Of a stretch of DNA of 64,000 nt, positions 63,610-64,000 are shown in pieces. A model generated the notes under the pieces. That model was not told where the DNA came from. It saw only the letters and a program-made list of their open reading frames with translations, and made no database searches. Numbering within the stretch: position 1 is the stretch's first letter; each line of letters begins with the position of its first letter. The position numbers and the translations under genes were made by a program. This DNA comes from Tricharina praecox (Eukaryota), in the NCBI RefSeq assembly GCF_024521635.1, contig NW_026250410.1, positions 744,001-808,000 of the forward strand, in the 5' to 3' direction.

Positions 63610-64000
63610 AGTTGTTTGTTTTGTTTTGTTTGGCTGTTTTTGGGTGTTGTTTGGTTGTTGTTTCATCATTCGCAGAATCGCAGGAGCCTGCACCTGGCTG
63701 GAGATATTCCGAAACGCACTGGCTGGGCTCCGGACTCCGGGTAGGTGGTTACCCATGTAAGCACTATTCCTGTCTGCGGTCCAAACAGCTGGCTCCATCA
63801 TGATGTACTGCCTACCCAAGTATCAAGCTACCAGATAGGTATACTGTTGCAGTGTAGTGTAGTGTAGGGTCCATGGCCATTGGCAACCCAACTTCCCGCC
63901 GCCCTCCGCCCTCCGCCTCCTCCTCTGCCGCCGGCCCGCTCCCAGCAGATCTAGATCTAGAACTCACATGTTCCCGGGGAGCCACTATTCTCCCCGTCGT

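Overview
Eukaryotic, intron-rich genomic DNA from a filamentous ascomycete (short GT-AG introns with CTRAC/CTAAY branch points; Pezizomycetes is plausible but is inference only). Bases 1-49.4 kb form a gene-dense housekeeping block: a 5'-truncated RRM protein, PRP9/SF3a60, FAL1/eIF4A-III, an RmlD/MAT2B-like SDR, PP2A B56 (RTS1), TFIIIC tau95 (TFC1), the ~11.8-kb TRA1 gene, aldose 1-epimerase, TSR4, VMA7, GPN2, a fatty-acid elongase, COX6, VPS54, MCM5 and an Mpv17/PMP22 protein, with several tight head-to-head pairs. From ~50 kb the window looks accessory: an orphan coiled-coil gene with an apparent 2-nt frameshift, a second orphan ORF, an intronless APH/choline-kinase-like gene and a secreted CBM35-GH26-CBM1 beta-mannanase. 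The most notable structure is a pair of inverted ~148-bp PIF/Harbinger-like termini (GGGCCCGTTTGGAT abutting TAA/TTA) whose tips face each other across the 9.6-kb orphan + kinase + mannanase block. Other observations are a decayed LINE 3' fragment at ~31.4 kb, a GC-AG intron in VMA7, a ~1-kb AUG-free RTS1 leader with one uORF, and an imperfect inverted match between the two long COX6 introns. I found no tRNA, rRNA or CRISPR array and cannot demonstrate a wholly new biological system from the sequence alone. All protein identifications come from recognising motifs by eye, not from database searches.
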